DNA of 64,000 bases from an uncultured delta proteobacterium (lineage in GTDB: Bacteria; Desulfobacterota; Binatia; UBA9968), in the NCBI GenBank assembly GCA_963745035.1, contig CAVUVW010000014.1, positions 512,001-576,000 on the forward strand, read 5' to 3'. Numbering within the stretch: position 1 is the first letter of the stretch; each line of letters begins with the position of its first letter. The notes beneath the pieces are model-generated. The model saw only the letters and a program-made list of their open reading frames with translations. It was not told where the DNA came from and did not search any database. Positions 44,984 to 54,691 of the stretch are shown in pieces. Position numbers and translations under genes: made by a program.

Positions 44984-45023
44984 GAGGGTCGAGGGGGGAA
45001 AAGCGACGAGGGTCGAGGGACGA
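44984..45023 (+). repeat. Heptamer array GAGGGTC/GAGGGAC, left arm flanking the four-helix-bundle gene
   Basis: GAGGGTC GAGGGGG ... GAGGGTC GAGGGAC. Confidence 0.8.
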
Positions 45024-45383
45024 GTGAGTCAGAGCGGACTAGAGAGCTTCGGCGCGTACCAAAAAGCGCGACAATTGTTTGATCTCGTCGCCGCGGACAT
45101 GGAGACAGTCAAGACAAATCCTCTCTGCTATCGGCTGGTATCACAACAAATGGGCAGTGCGGATTCCATCTGCGCCAACATCGAAGAAGGTTATGGAAGG
45201 TTGAGCCGGGTTGAGTATGTCCGCTTCCTCGATATCGCACGGGGCTCAGCTCGCGAAACCCGCGGGCGCTATGAGCGGATGAAGCATTGGCTAAACGAGA
45301 ATGTAGTCCGTCAACGGATCGAATTGCTCGATGAGATCATCGGCATATTGACCAGCTCTATTGAAAGGATGAGACGAAGGTGA
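45024..45383 (+). CDS. Four helix bundle protein (23S rRNA IVP/TIGR02436-like)
   Basis: AYQKARQL, QQMGSADSICANIEEGYGR, RFLDIARGSARET. Confidence 0.88.
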   Translation: MSQSGLESFGAYQKARQLFDLVAADMETVKTNPLCYRLVSQQMGSADSICANIEEGYGRLSRVEYVRFLDIARGSARETRGRYERMKHWLNENVVRQRIELLDEIIGILTSSIERMRRR

Positions 45384-46378
45384 AAGGCCACGAAATCGTT
45401 TCGAAAAACGACCTAGGAGACGCCAACAGCACGACAGCATCACTCTTCCCCTCGACCCTCGACACTCGACACTCTTCACCCGACACCCGACCCTCGTCCC
45501 TCCGGCGATTTCTCCGCGAGCCGCTGCTGCATTTCCTGTTGCTCGGCGCATTGATCTTCGTGGCGTTCAAATTCATTTCTCGCGAGACCAGCGAACCGGG
45601 AAAGATTCTCATCACTCAGGGCCGCATCGAATCGCTCGAAACCGCGTTCAGCCGCACCTGGCGGCGGCCGCCGAGCGCAAGTGAATTGGAAGGCTTGCTT
45701 CGCGACTACGTTCGCGAAGAAGTTTTCGCGCGCGAAGCGGTCGCCCTCGGACTCGACAAGGACGACACGATCATCCGCCGGCGGCTGCGCCAGAAACTGG
45801 AGTTCATCTCCGAAGACGTCGCCGCCTACGCCGAGCCCACCGATGAGCAATTGAACGCGTATTTGAAAGCACACCCCGACACGTTTCGCGGCGATCGCCG
45901 GTTTAGCTTTAGCCAGGTGTATCTCGACCCGCAGCGGCGCGGCGCCAATCTCAGCCGCGATGCGGCGCAAGTACTCGCGCAGCTCGGTCGTCCTGGCAGC
46001 AAAGTTGATCCTGCAACGCTCGGCGACTCTCTCCTGCTCGAGAACGAGTTCAAGGCGCTGCCGGCGAGCGAAGTGGTGAAACAATTCGGCGAGAAGTTTG
46101 CCGCGTCGCTCGGTGAGATGACAACGGGACAATGGCGCGGGCCGATCGAGTCCGGCTTCGGCGTGCATCTGGTTTTGTTAAGCGAGCGCACCGAGGGCTC
46201 GCTGCCGGCGCTGGAAGACGTCCGCGCCGCGGTGCGGCGCGAATGGACCAACGCGCGCCGGATGGAAGCGAACGAAAAGTTCTATCAAACCCTGCTGCAA
46301 CGCTACATCGTGACCATCGAGCGGCCGGAAGTTGCGAAAAGCGCGGGCGGGAAACAAGTCGCCGAGGCGCGACAATGA
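45380..46378 (+). CDS. PpiC-type peptidyl-prolyl isomerase-like protein
   Basis: LREPLLHFLLLG, GLDKDDTIIRRRLRQK, WRGPIESGFGVHLV; typical DUF3604 neighbour. Confidence 0.85.
   Translation: MKGHEIVSKNDLGDANSTTASLFPSTLDTRHSSPDTRPSSLRRFLREPLLHFLLLGALIFVAFKFISRETSEPGKILITQGRIESLETAFSRTWRRPPSASELEGLLRDYVREEVFAREAVALGLDKDDTIIRRRLRQKLEFISEDVAAYAEPTDEQLNAYLKAHPDTFRGDRRFSFSQVYLDPQRRGANLSRDAAQVLAQLGRPGSKVDPATLGDSLLLENEFKALPASEVVKQFGEKFAASLGEMTTGQWRGPIESGFGVHLVLLSERTEGSLPALEDVRAAVRREWTNARRMEANEKFYQTLLQRYIVTIERPEVAKSAGGKQVAEARQ
45447..45502 (-). repeat. Eight in-register heptamers (GACCCTC/GACACTC), right arm, inverted relative to the left arm
   Basis: TCCCCTC GACCCTC GACACTC GACACTC TTCACCC GACACCC GACCCTC GTCCCTC. 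Confidence 0.85.
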
Positions 46379-46412
46379 ACAGAATCGGGGTGACACGAGT
46401 GTCGGGTGTCGA

Positions 46413-47453
46413 GTGTCGTACCGCGCTCTCGCATGTCGCACCCTTTGCTTACTTCTGTTTCTTTTTTCCGGATTTCCTCTGTTCGCGCACGAAGTGCGCC
46501 CGGCTTATCTGGAGCTGCGTCAGACCGGCGCCGAGACTTACGACATCTTGTGGAAAGTGCCCGGGCAGGGAGAAGATCTGCGCCTGGGACTTTACGTGCA
46601 ACTGCCGGAGAGCTGCTCGAACCTGACGCAACCGCGCGGCGCTTTCGCCGCCAACGCTTATACCGAGCGTTGGAGCGTCCAATGCTCGGGAGGCTTGAGC
46701 GGCGGCACGATCCGCATCGCCGGCCTCTCGGCGACAATGACCGACGTTTTGGTGCGCATCGAGCGAGTCGAGGGCTCGACCCAGATCACTCGCCTCACGC
46801 CGGCGACTTCCTCATTCGTCGTCGAAGCCGCCCCGAGCCGAATGGAAATCGTCCGTACCTATCTCATTCTCGGCATCGAGCACATTTTAACCGGCGTGGA
46901 CCATCTGCTGTTCGTGCTCGGCCTCCTACTGCTGGTGCGCGGATTCGGCCGGCTGGTCAAAACGGTGAGTGCATTTACCGTCGCGCACAGCGTCACCCTG
47001 GCCTTGGCGACGCTCGGCTTTGTTCATGTTCCCTCTCCGCCAGTGGAAGCGGTGATTGCCTTGAGCATCGTCTTTGTCGCCAAAGAAATTCTCCGCAGCC
47101 GCGGCAGGTCTTCGTCCTCCCAGCCCAGTCTGACGGAGCGCCAGCCGTGGCTCGTCGCATTCTCTTTCGGGTTGTTGCACGGGTTGGGATTCGCGGGCGG
47201 ATTGAGCGAGGTGGGATTACCGCAAGGACACATCCCGCTCGCGCTGCTGCTGTTCAGTATCGGCGTCGAGGTCGGCCATTTCGGTTTCATCGCGGCGGTG
47301 TTCGCATTGATGGCGCTCGGTCACCGAGCGATGCAATGGCTGCGCTTACCGCAAACATCGCTTCATCGATCCGCCGTGCTCCGACTGCTGCCGCCGTATG
47401 CGATTGGCGGCACGGCAATGTTCTGGCTGATTGAACGAATCGCGGCGTTTTGA
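46413..47453 (+). CDS. HupE/UreJ family membrane protein
   Basis: AHEVRPAYLEL, GIEHILTGVDHLLF, AFTVAHSVTL, FGLLHGLGFAG; start uncertain (GTG 46413). Confidence 0.88.
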   Translation: MSYRALACRTLCLLLFLFSGFPLFAHEVRPAYLELRQTGAETYDILWKVPGQGEDLRLGLYVQLPESCSNLTQPRGAFAANAYTERWSVQCSGGLSGGTIRIAGLSATMTDVLVRIERVEGSTQITRLTPATSSFVVEAAPSRMEIVRTYLILGIEHILTGVDHLLFVLGLLLLVRGFGRLVKTVSAFTVAHSVTLALATLGFVHVPSPPVEAVIALSIVFVAKEILRSRGRSSSSQPSLTERQPWLVAFSFGLLHGLGFAGGLSEVGLPQGHIPLALLLFSIGVEVGHFGFIAAVFALMALGHRAMQWLRLPQTSLHRSAVLRLLPPYAIGGTAMFWLIERIAAF

Positions 47454-47831
47454 ATCACGGAAGTCGGAAATGAGTCATAAGTCGCAACCACGTTGAACGC
47501 AAACGCGATGCACGGATGAAAAGCTGTTTTTTGCAGACGACGTCCGACGCACCAACCAGAGAGGAGGTATGACAAAGGCGAAAGAAGTTAGGCTATCTAA
47601 AAATATGGCGGATTTGCCGCGAAGGCTCACGTTAGGATGGCAACGAGAATTCCACGCGAGATTACCCCGCCGAACTCCATAAAGACAGGAAGCAGCACGC
47701 CGAGATTTTGACGTCGCGCGGCAGAATGAGCTCCCGCTTTATATCGGATGGGAGCATAATAGCCGTGGCAATTTGTGAGACGGAATAAGCTTCGAGGTGT
47801 AAGCCAACCTAACTGCATTAGGAGGTTCGCT

Positions 47832-48542
47832 ATGATCACTCGGAATCGTGCAATATCAATCTTTTTCGCCTTAGCCGTGCTTTCCGGATGCGCGTCGACG
47901 AAGGTTACCCAGCAAACACCCAGGGTAAACGGGGGGCTCGCCCGCCCCAATCAAATCTGGGTCTACGACTTCATCGCCGACCCGGCCAAGGTCCCCGCCG
48001 ATTCCTATATTAGCGCCGATCTCAGTGCGCCGACCACGCCTCCGACCGCCGAGGAACTGGAAACCGGGCGTAGGCTTGGCGCCATCATCGCCAAAAGCCT
48101 GGTTGCGCATATCCAGGCCATGGGTCTTCCCGCAGTGCAAGCCGGTCCGGGAGCAGCGCCACAAGTTGGCGAGGGTGTAATGCGTGGCTATTTGGTCTCG
48201 GTCCAGGCCGGCAGTGGGGCCAAGCGTTTTGTGATTGGATTCGGCGCCGGGAGCTCGGAAATGTATACGGTGGTGGAAGGCTACGAGATGACGCCCGAGG
48301 GCTTAAAGAAAGTTGGATCAGGGACGCTTAGTTCGTCTGGAAGCAAGACGCCCGGCATTATCGCGCCGGGCGCTGTCGCGATTGCGACCGGCAATCCGCT
48401 AGGACTGATCGTGGTTGGCGCGACGAAGATTTATGGCGAGGCGAGCGGCAGCAATACGCTTGAGGGGAGAGCCAAGGCGACCGCCGACGCAATTGCAGAG
48501 GAGCTCAGGATCCGATTTCGGCAGCGCGGCTGGATCAATTGA
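47832..48542 (+). CDS. DUF4410-like lipoprotein
   Basis: RBS GGAGG, lipobox LSGC, IWVYDF, KRFVIGFGAGSS. Confidence 0.75.
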   Translation: MITRNRAISIFFALAVLSGCASTKVTQQTPRVNGGLARPNQIWVYDFIADPAKVPADSYISADLSAPTTPPTAEELETGRRLGAIIAKSLVAHIQAMGLPAVQAGPGAAPQVGEGVMRGYLVSVQAGSGAKRFVIGFGAGSSEMYTVVEGYEMTPEGLKKVGSGTLSSSGSKTPGIIAPGAVAIATGNPLGLIVVGATKIYGEASGSNTLEGRAKATADAIAEELRIRFRQRGWIN

Positions 48543-48620
48543 TTCAATATCAAGTTCATTTCGCCTGAATAGCCGATATTGCGGATGCCTTTGCGCGGCC
48601 ATCGCCGTACGGCCGAGGCC

Positions 48621-49109
48621 TCAGGGCCGGGCCTCAGGTTGGACGAGCCGCACGAAGACGAGGAAGGACAGGGAGAGGTACCACGTGAGCGTGGCCAGAT
48701 GCGGCCAGGCGACACCTAGCCAGACGCAGTTCACCAGCTGCGCCGCCATGCACACCACGCTGCCGGTGTACGCCCCCGCGATCACCCACCGCTCTCGGGC
48801 GAGCGTGTCGGCGTCGCGGACGACGCTCCGCGCCCGGATCACCATAAGCACGAGTTGCAGGACTACGGAGCAGCCGCTGGTGGAGGACCACACGGTCGGC
48901 TCGGCGAGCCCAGTGGAGGCCAGGATCAGGGGTAAGGCGCTGAGTATAGTGCACCCGCCGCTTGTCAGGAGCAGGACATATAGGAGCTGGCGCTCGCGGT
49001 ATGACCACGCGCCCTGCCCGCGGTTCCCGAGGGAGACCACGATGCCGGAAAAGCCGGAGATCGCGACACCGATCTGAATGTAAGTGATCAGCAGGCTTTC
49101 CGCGGTCAT
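48621..49109 (-). CDS. Hypothetical membrane protein
   Basis: RBS GGAGG; IGVAISGFSGIVVSL and 4-5 hydrophobic segments. Confidence 0.7.
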   Translation of the reverse strand: MTAESLLITYIQIGVAISGFSGIVVSLGNRGQGAWSYRERQLLYVLLLTSGGCTILSALPLILASTGLAEPTVWSSTSGCSVVLQLVLMVIRARSVVRDADTLARERWVIAGAYTGSVVCMAAQLVNCVWLGVAWPHLATLTWYLSLSFLVFVRLVQPEARP

Positions 49110-49449
49110 CCGACCTCCCGTTCCTCACCGAAAGCGGACAGCTCTCCCCTACCCGCCCGTCCTTCTCGTCACCTTGCTGCTGACGCTGGGTCGAACCAGT
49201 TATACACGGGTCGGGTTTTTCGGATATTATTATCGGCAAAGTTTTCCGACAAGAGGGAGATTTTCTCCCTCGACAGTGGGAGGTACTTGTTCTGCCCAGG
49301 TTCAGGCACAAAACGAGCACAGCCGGAATCGGCCCTCGCCTTGCCAGCGGCCTTTGCCGATATTGATATCCACAAAAGACAGTCTGTATATTACTGGTTA
49401 GGCCCCCAGAGAGTTGAGCAAGAGGCTGGAAAGCGAGCCCAAGCGACCG

Positions 49450-49600
49450 CAGATGACTGGGTCAGCAAGGCATCGGCATTGGCAAGCAGCAGTTCCTGCT
49501 GGAGGAGACTGTGCGGGCGCGGTCGACGTGATGCGTCAGATCAAGGCCACGCTCGATCCCCGCAACATCCTCAATCCCGGGAAGATACTGGCTTCGCCGA
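49450..49600 (+). pseudogene. C-terminal remnant of a FAD-linked oxidase (GlcD/D-lactate dehydrogenase type)
   Basis: GIGIGKQQFL and AVDVMRQIKATLDPRNILNPGKI in adjacent frames. Confidence 0.7.
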
Positions 49601-49706
49601 TCGAGCAATTGCGCAGATGATTTCCGTGACAGCTGTTCAAGAGGCGATGCACAACTCTAGGCAGGGCACGCCGGGAGATCGATTTCAGCCGGGGATGGAT
49701 AGCCGG

Positions 49707-51092
49707 ATGAAGTGCGAGCCCAAGCTAGTGTCGATACTTGCGCGGCGATCTCTGAGGCCGGTGCTGATCGCGAGCTTACTCTTGGCGGCAAGTGTCACGG
49801 GGTTGTCTGGCTGCGCGATGATCAGCAAGCTGACTGGTGCAGAAGACGAGGCCGAGGCCACGAAGCTGCAGGAGCTGCAGCTCAAGGTCATGCGTTTCGC
49901 CGACGAATATGCGGGAGGAATCAGCGAACCGATTACACGCTTTCAGACGGAGACGCAGGATGCCGCGGAGCGGCTGGCCGCCCAGAATTGGAGACTGTCT
50001 CAGGCGACGTCTGCCTATACGATTGCCACGGGCCCCAACCCCGTGAGCAACGCGCTCGACATGGTGGTGCTTGCCACTTTGAGTCGAATGGTCATCGAGG
50101 ACTCGAGGATTCAAGACAAATACGGCGAGCGCGCCGTGCCACTCCGCGATGCGCACCGCAATCTGGAACGTGGTGCCTGGGCGCTCGCGTCCGAAGTCCT
50201 GACCGAAGGGCAGATTGAGCAGTTGCGCCAGGTGATCGAGGAATGGCGCCTAAAGAATCCCCATGTGAACGCCGTGGCGTACGTTTACTTCAGGGACTTC
50301 GCCCGCGCGGTCGGTCGCCCGAGACCTGGCGAGTCACAATCGAGCGGTAACCTGTTCTCGCTGATCGGCATCGACCCGTTGAGCAACCTGGATCCGGCCG
50401 TTCAGGAAATCGCCCAGACGCGCAATCTCGCCGAGCGCACGATCTACTACCTGCAACGTTCACCCAGACTGCTCGACATGCAGGTCGAACGCCTCACGTA
50501 TCAGATCGCTAGCATGCCTGAGACCCGAGACGCGCTGCTGGATGTGGATCGTGTCAGCCTGGCAGCGGAGGCAGTTGGCAACGTCGCTGGGCAACTTCCG
50601 GCCCTGGTGGCTCGTGAGCGTGAAGCCGTGATCAGTCAATTCATGCGGGAAATGGCGGCGCGGCAGCAGCAGATGTTGGCGCTGGTCAGCCAGCTCAGAG
50701 GCGCGCTCGAAGCCGGAACCGCGACATTCGATTCGCTGCAGGGCACTTTACGCGGCATCGATTCGCTGTTCGGTCGGCTCGACAAGAACGAGAAGTCCAC
50801 TGCGCCTGCCATACCTGCCAAGCCGTTCGACATCGCCGACTACGCCAACGCCGCGCGCGAATTTGCCGCGACGGCGAGGCAGCTCGAATTGCTGATGGTT
50901 CAGCTCAACGCCGGCGCGCCCCAGGTCGGCGACCTGGCCCACCGCACGGTGGCCGACATGCGCGCACTCGTGGATTTCGCCTTTTCGCGGCTGATCATTT
51001 TGGTCGTGGTTCTGGTCGCAGCCGTGTGGATCGCCGCTCTCGCCTATCAGTTGGTCGTTCGACGCATCGGCATTCGGCGGAACGCAGGATGA
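49707..51092 (+). CDS. Hypothetical helical lipoprotein with C-terminal membrane anchor
   Basis: Lipobox LSGC, long helical body, C-terminal TM; ORF open from 49287. Confidence 0.75.
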   Translation: MKCEPKLVSILARRSLRPVLIASLLLAASVTGLSGCAMISKLTGAEDEAEATKLQELQLKVMRFADEYAGGISEPITRFQTETQDAAERLAAQNWRLSQATSAYTIATGPNPVSNALDMVVLATLSRMVIEDSRIQDKYGERAVPLRDAHRNLERGAWALASEVLTEGQIEQLRQVIEEWRLKNPHVNAVAYVYFRDFARAVGRPRPGESQSSGNLFSLIGIDPLSNLDPAVQEIAQTRNLAERTIYYLQRSPRLLDMQVERLTYQIASMPETRDALLDVDRVSLAAEAVGNVAGQLPALVAREREAVISQFMREMAARQQQMLALVSQLRGALEAGTATFDSLQGTLRGIDSLFGRLDKNEKSTAPAIPAKPFDIADYANAAREFAATARQLELLMVQLNAGAPQVGDLAHRTVADMRALVDFAFSRLIILVVVLVAAVWIAALAYQLVVRRIGIRRNAG

Positions 51093-51337
51093 GGAACCAG
51101 GCGGCCTGACCGGCAAGACTTGACTTGCCGAATCCTCCTAGCCATCGGAGCCATCCACGGCGCAGCGCCCGGCTCTGTGTGCGCTCGCTGTGCACGTCAA
51201 GGATCTCATTCAGTGCTTGTTTTGAGATTGATCACCAAATCAAATTTACGCCAGTGAGCACTTGGAAGTGCTGAGGATCAAGCCGATTGCAAGCAATCCG
51301 TCGCTGGCCCTTTTGCGCTGCGCGGTGAACGGCGCCA

Positions 51338-52507
51338 TCACTTGACCGGGATCGTCAGGAGCGGTGCGCCCTGCACCCCTCGTGTCGCCTCGGAGAGACG
51401 GGTCATGAAGAGCATCTGGATCTGCAGGAACGCCCGTTTACTTGCTAAATCCGTGTCGTCCACATAGTACCACCAGCCGCGATGCTGCACGGCCACGTTG
51501 GCCTGCCTCGGCGCGCTGCTGCTCGAATGGATGCGCACGATTGGGCCGAGGGTCCCCGAAGCTTCCAGAGGGACCGAGCGTACCTGCACGAGGCCCTCCT
51601 TGACATGCACGCCAGGCACCTCGATCGACGCCGCCACGCTCTGCAGGATCTCCGCGACCGAGCGAGTCTGCACGGCCAAACCGTCGAATTTTCCGTCCCG
51701 GACGCCCAGGACCAATGGTATCCGGATCGTGCTCTCCTGCGCCGGGTTGCCATGCAACTCCAGAAGACGCAGGAGTTCCTCCACCTCGGCGATGTGGCCC
51801 GGCGCATAGTGCGAGAGGATCAGCTCGTAGCGTCCGGGCGCGCCGCTCTCCTGCACCCACAGCGCCATCCCGAGCTCGCGGAACTGCGCCAGGAGCGTTG
51901 CCACTCGATGAAAGGCGGTCCGCTCCTCTACCGTCGCGCCCACACCCAAGCGCAGTCCATTCATGCGTTCGACCAAAGTCAGGAGCACCATGAGCGCGCC
52001 CTCGCCAACGGCTCCCTGCATCGCCAACACCAGCGTCTCCAGCGTGACGGGCGCGAGCCATTCGCGCAGGAACGCCTGCGCGTCGACGGGCGCGTAGGAG
52101 ATCAAGGGGCTGTCCTCGTAGCTGACCCCCGCCGAGAACGGAACCAGGGCCCCCGCGTAACTCGCGGACGACCCGAAGCCCGCCTCGCCTGTAGCTTGGG
52201 TGCTGAACTTAAGGCCCGCGGTGACGCTCGAGACAGCGAGCAGACCAATGGGATCTGAGTACCGGAGCCGCACGATGAGGCCAAGCGTCTGCTCAGAACT
52301 CGTCCGTGCGATGACGTCGTTATAGGCGCCGCGGCCCGCGCCCAAGGCCGCCGGGCCCAGGATCTGGCAGCCCGTAAGTGGGAGCCACGCGCATAGGACG
52401 ACGATCGCTCGTAACTGAAGCACACGTGTAAGAACGGCCACAAAATCGTCCATGATCATCTCAACTTGTTTGCTGGTTGCGCTGCGAGTCATCACTGATT
52501 CGAACAC
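51338..52507 (-). CDS. Hypothetical lipoprotein
   Basis: Lipobox LTGC; YNDVI...IVRLRY, PLISYAP, WYYVDDTDLASKRAF, PLLTIPV; start uncertain. Confidence 0.75.
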   Translation of the reverse strand: MFESVMTRSATSKQVEMIMDDFVAVLTRVLQLRAIVVLCAWLPLTGCQILGPAALGAGRGAYNDVIARTSSEQTLGLIVRLRYSDPIGLLAVSSVTAGLKFSTQATGEAGFGSSASYAGALVPFSAGVSYEDSPLISYAPVDAQAFLREWLAPVTLETLVLAMQGAVGEGALMVLLTLVERMNGLRLGVGATVEERTAFHRVATLLAQFRELGMALWVQESGAPGRYELILSHYAPGHIAEVEELLRLLELHGNPAQESTIRIPLVLGVRDGKFDGLAVQTRSVAEILQSVAASIEVPGVHVKEGLVQVRSVPLEASGTLGPIVRIHSSSSAPRQANVAVQHRGWWYYVDDTDLASKRAFLQIQMLFMTRLSEATRGVQGAPLLTIPVK

Positions 52508-52632
52508 ATAATAACAAATAGTTCTGGCAAAGTTGTGGCAAAGTCACGGCACAAAAAGGTACAAATCACCATGGCCGGTGACAATTTGCATTTGGTTTAG
52601 AAATTTCCCTAGCTGCGACCAGCAGTTCAACT

Positions 52633-53556
52633 CTAAAGTCCCGCGCCCCAACGGAATTGCCAGACGATCCCCACCAAGTCGAAGTCGCTGCCGGTCTTCG
52701 TGTAAACACCCGTGCTGCCGTAGAGTTTGACCGAGTTATACCGGTTAACCGGCAGGGTCAAGGTAAGGCCCACGCGGGCGTTCGCGAGGGTTTCGCCTTT
52801 TTTTCCGTCGATGGTCGGGCGCCCGCCGGTATAGTAGAGACCATCGAGCCCCACCCATATCCCTGGAGTAAAGGAGTAAATGAGATGGGCCTGCACAGAA
52901 TAGATCGGGCTGACTTGCAGAGTTTGGCCGTCGAGAAAGTCGCTATTGTCAGTGTAGAAACGTACCCCGGTGGCGAGCTCCAAGGTCAACGGTCCAAGTG
53001 TCTTGGAGACTCCGACCTCCGGCTTGAAGGACCAACGATTGGTGCCGATGTTTAGCAGTTTGTCGGAGTCGTACTGCCCGAGGGGAGCAGTCACCTCGAG
53101 CATCGTTCCAATGATCACATCCGGCTGGAAGTCGCGAAACTCGTCCAGCGAAAGCGACGGACCCCCGTAGAGCAGCATGGAAAAACGGAACCTCGGATCG
53201 CCGAGTCCGGAAACATCCCGCTTGCGCGGCTGCCCGACTAGTGTGGCGCTTCCAGATGCCCAGGTATAGGGTAATATCACGTCGAATTTCCCCGACCGGC
53301 CCCACAAGTCCAACGTCCGCACGTAGGCAAGGACGGCGCTGTTAAGCGTAACCTCGGTATCTTCCAGTGGCACCGACGCGTCCGTGCCCACAGTGCCTTT
53401 CGCATACGCATACCCGCCGATCAAGAAGTTGAGTCCCACCGGCGTATTCGCGAACGCCCTCGGTTCGAGGTCCTGAGCGTGGGTCTCGACGCTCGCAGCC
53501 GCCAGCGCAACGATCAGCCAGCCAAAAACGGAGAGCCTACGAAAGCGCGCCGGCAT
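52633..53556 (-). CDS. Outer-membrane beta-barrel 'transporter' (MetA-pathway/Phenol_MetA_deg family)
   Basis: AQDLEPRAFANTPVGLN, GLGDPRFR, PLGQYDSDKLLNIGTNRWSFKPE, C-terminal WQFRW. Confidence 0.8.
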   Translation of the reverse strand: MPARFRRLSVFGWLIVALAAASVETHAQDLEPRAFANTPVGLNFLIGGYAYAKGTVGTDASVPLEDTEVTLNSAVLAYVRTLDLWGRSGKFDVILPYTWASGSATLVGQPRKRDVSGLGDPRFRFSMLLYGGPSLSLDEFRDFQPDVIIGTMLEVTAPLGQYDSDKLLNIGTNRWSFKPEVGVSKTLGPLTLELATGVRFYTDNSDFLDGQTLQVSPIYSVQAHLIYSFTPGIWVGLDGLYYTGGRPTIDGKKGETLANARVGLTLTLPVNRYNSVKLYGSTGVYTKTGSDFDLVGIVWQFRWGAGL

Positions 53557-53923
53557 AGCCCCTGCATCGCTCCCCAGGGTGTACAGATAGAGTTCGGTGC
53601 GCTGCTTCGATGATTTCGGCATACGACTCTGTGGAGTGGCTGGAGCGCGCGCACATTCGACTCTAGCGACTTCCTCCCGGCACCGCGGCGTGTTCAAGCA
53701 GGATGCGCCGGATCTCTTCGATGGCCTGTGGATTTCCCTGCACTGCGTGACTTGAACGCACCACCAGTTCGGAAGCCGCCTCGAATCCCCTCCAAGAGAA
53801 TGGAATGTTGGAGTAATGGAATGCTGGGGCGGGGACTGCTCTTACGGTAATCTGCTCTTGTCATTTGATTGCGCGCGCTCGTCCTCACTCTGTCGTAAAT
53901 GGACGCACGCGACCGTGACGCAC

Positions 53924-54691
53924 CTACTGATTCAGATGCGTATGTGCGTAGCGCAACGCATCGGCGGAGACCTTGAGCATGCCGTCGAACGGCCCATCCA
54001 TCTCCAATACGAGGAATATGGCGCCGCCAACAGACAGCGCGCAAACGAAGAGGACCGTAACAACCATGGCGTTCCGAGGAGCGAACAACCCGAAACTCGC
54101 GAATGTGATCGTAAGCCAGAACAGGAGGATCGCAAGGAACGGCATAGGAATTGACGACCCGGTGCTAGCCATTGCAAGCCACCTGCTTTGTAAGATCGCT
54201 TCCGCGAGGTCCAGCGCCCGCGCCTGGAACGCCCGCTGGGAGTCGTCCTGCGGCTTCAGACCCCGGACTGCGTCCGCGAGTCGCTCAGCTGCTAACGCTG
54301 TGCCCGAGCGCATCGGGTCCAGATCGGCTGGCTTGGATGAGCCCTGCCCCCAAACCATGTCGATTCGAGCCCCAACCGCGCGCTGCAAGCCCTTGCGAAT
54401 CTCGCCGGTCTCGGACCCGTAGCGAGCAAGTACGCGGTCGAGAGCGAGGAGTTGAGTGGCGGTTTGCTTCACGGTTGTGTCCACAGCATCAAAGGAACTC
54501 TTGGCCGAGGCGGTGACGAGGCCAAGAACGAGGGCGGTCATCGTGGCGATGAGCCCGACGCCAACCTTCACCGTATCTCTCGACTCAGCGTCGAGCCAAT
54601 GTTCTGGTAAGGCGGCGCGCAACCACATTCCGAGCAGGGCTCCCGCGAACGTACATGTGAACACGATAATCCCGACGATAGTAGCATCCAC
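53924..54691 (-). CDS. DUF4239-like membrane protein
   Basis: GLIATMTALVLGLVTASAKSSFD, AIFLVLEMDGPFDG; GTG start with GGAG RBS. Confidence 0.75.
   Translation of the reverse strand: MDATIVGIIVFTCTFAGALLGMWLRAALPEHWLDAESRDTVKVGVGLIATMTALVLGLVTASAKSSFDAVDTTVKQTATQLLALDRVLARYGSETGEIRKGLQRAVGARIDMVWGQGSSKPADLDPMRSGTALAAERLADAVRGLKPQDDSQRAFQARALDLAEAILQSRWLAMASTGSSIPMPFLAILLFWLTITFASFGLFAPRNAMVVTVLFVCALSVGGAIFLVLEMDGPFDGMLKVSADALRYAHTHLNQ

Noticed and set aside
45024-45383. Diversity-generating retroelement (Avd-like fold)
   Set aside because: No reverse transcriptase or template/variable repeat pair seen in the window
49287-49706. N-terminal extension of the 601-aa ORF
   Set aside because: It overlaps an oxidase remnant, and the lipoprotein signal starts at 49707
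53801-53827. 8-bp tandem TGGAATGT TGGAGTAA TGGAATGC
   Set aside because: Single short occurrence with no partner arm or associated gene in the window
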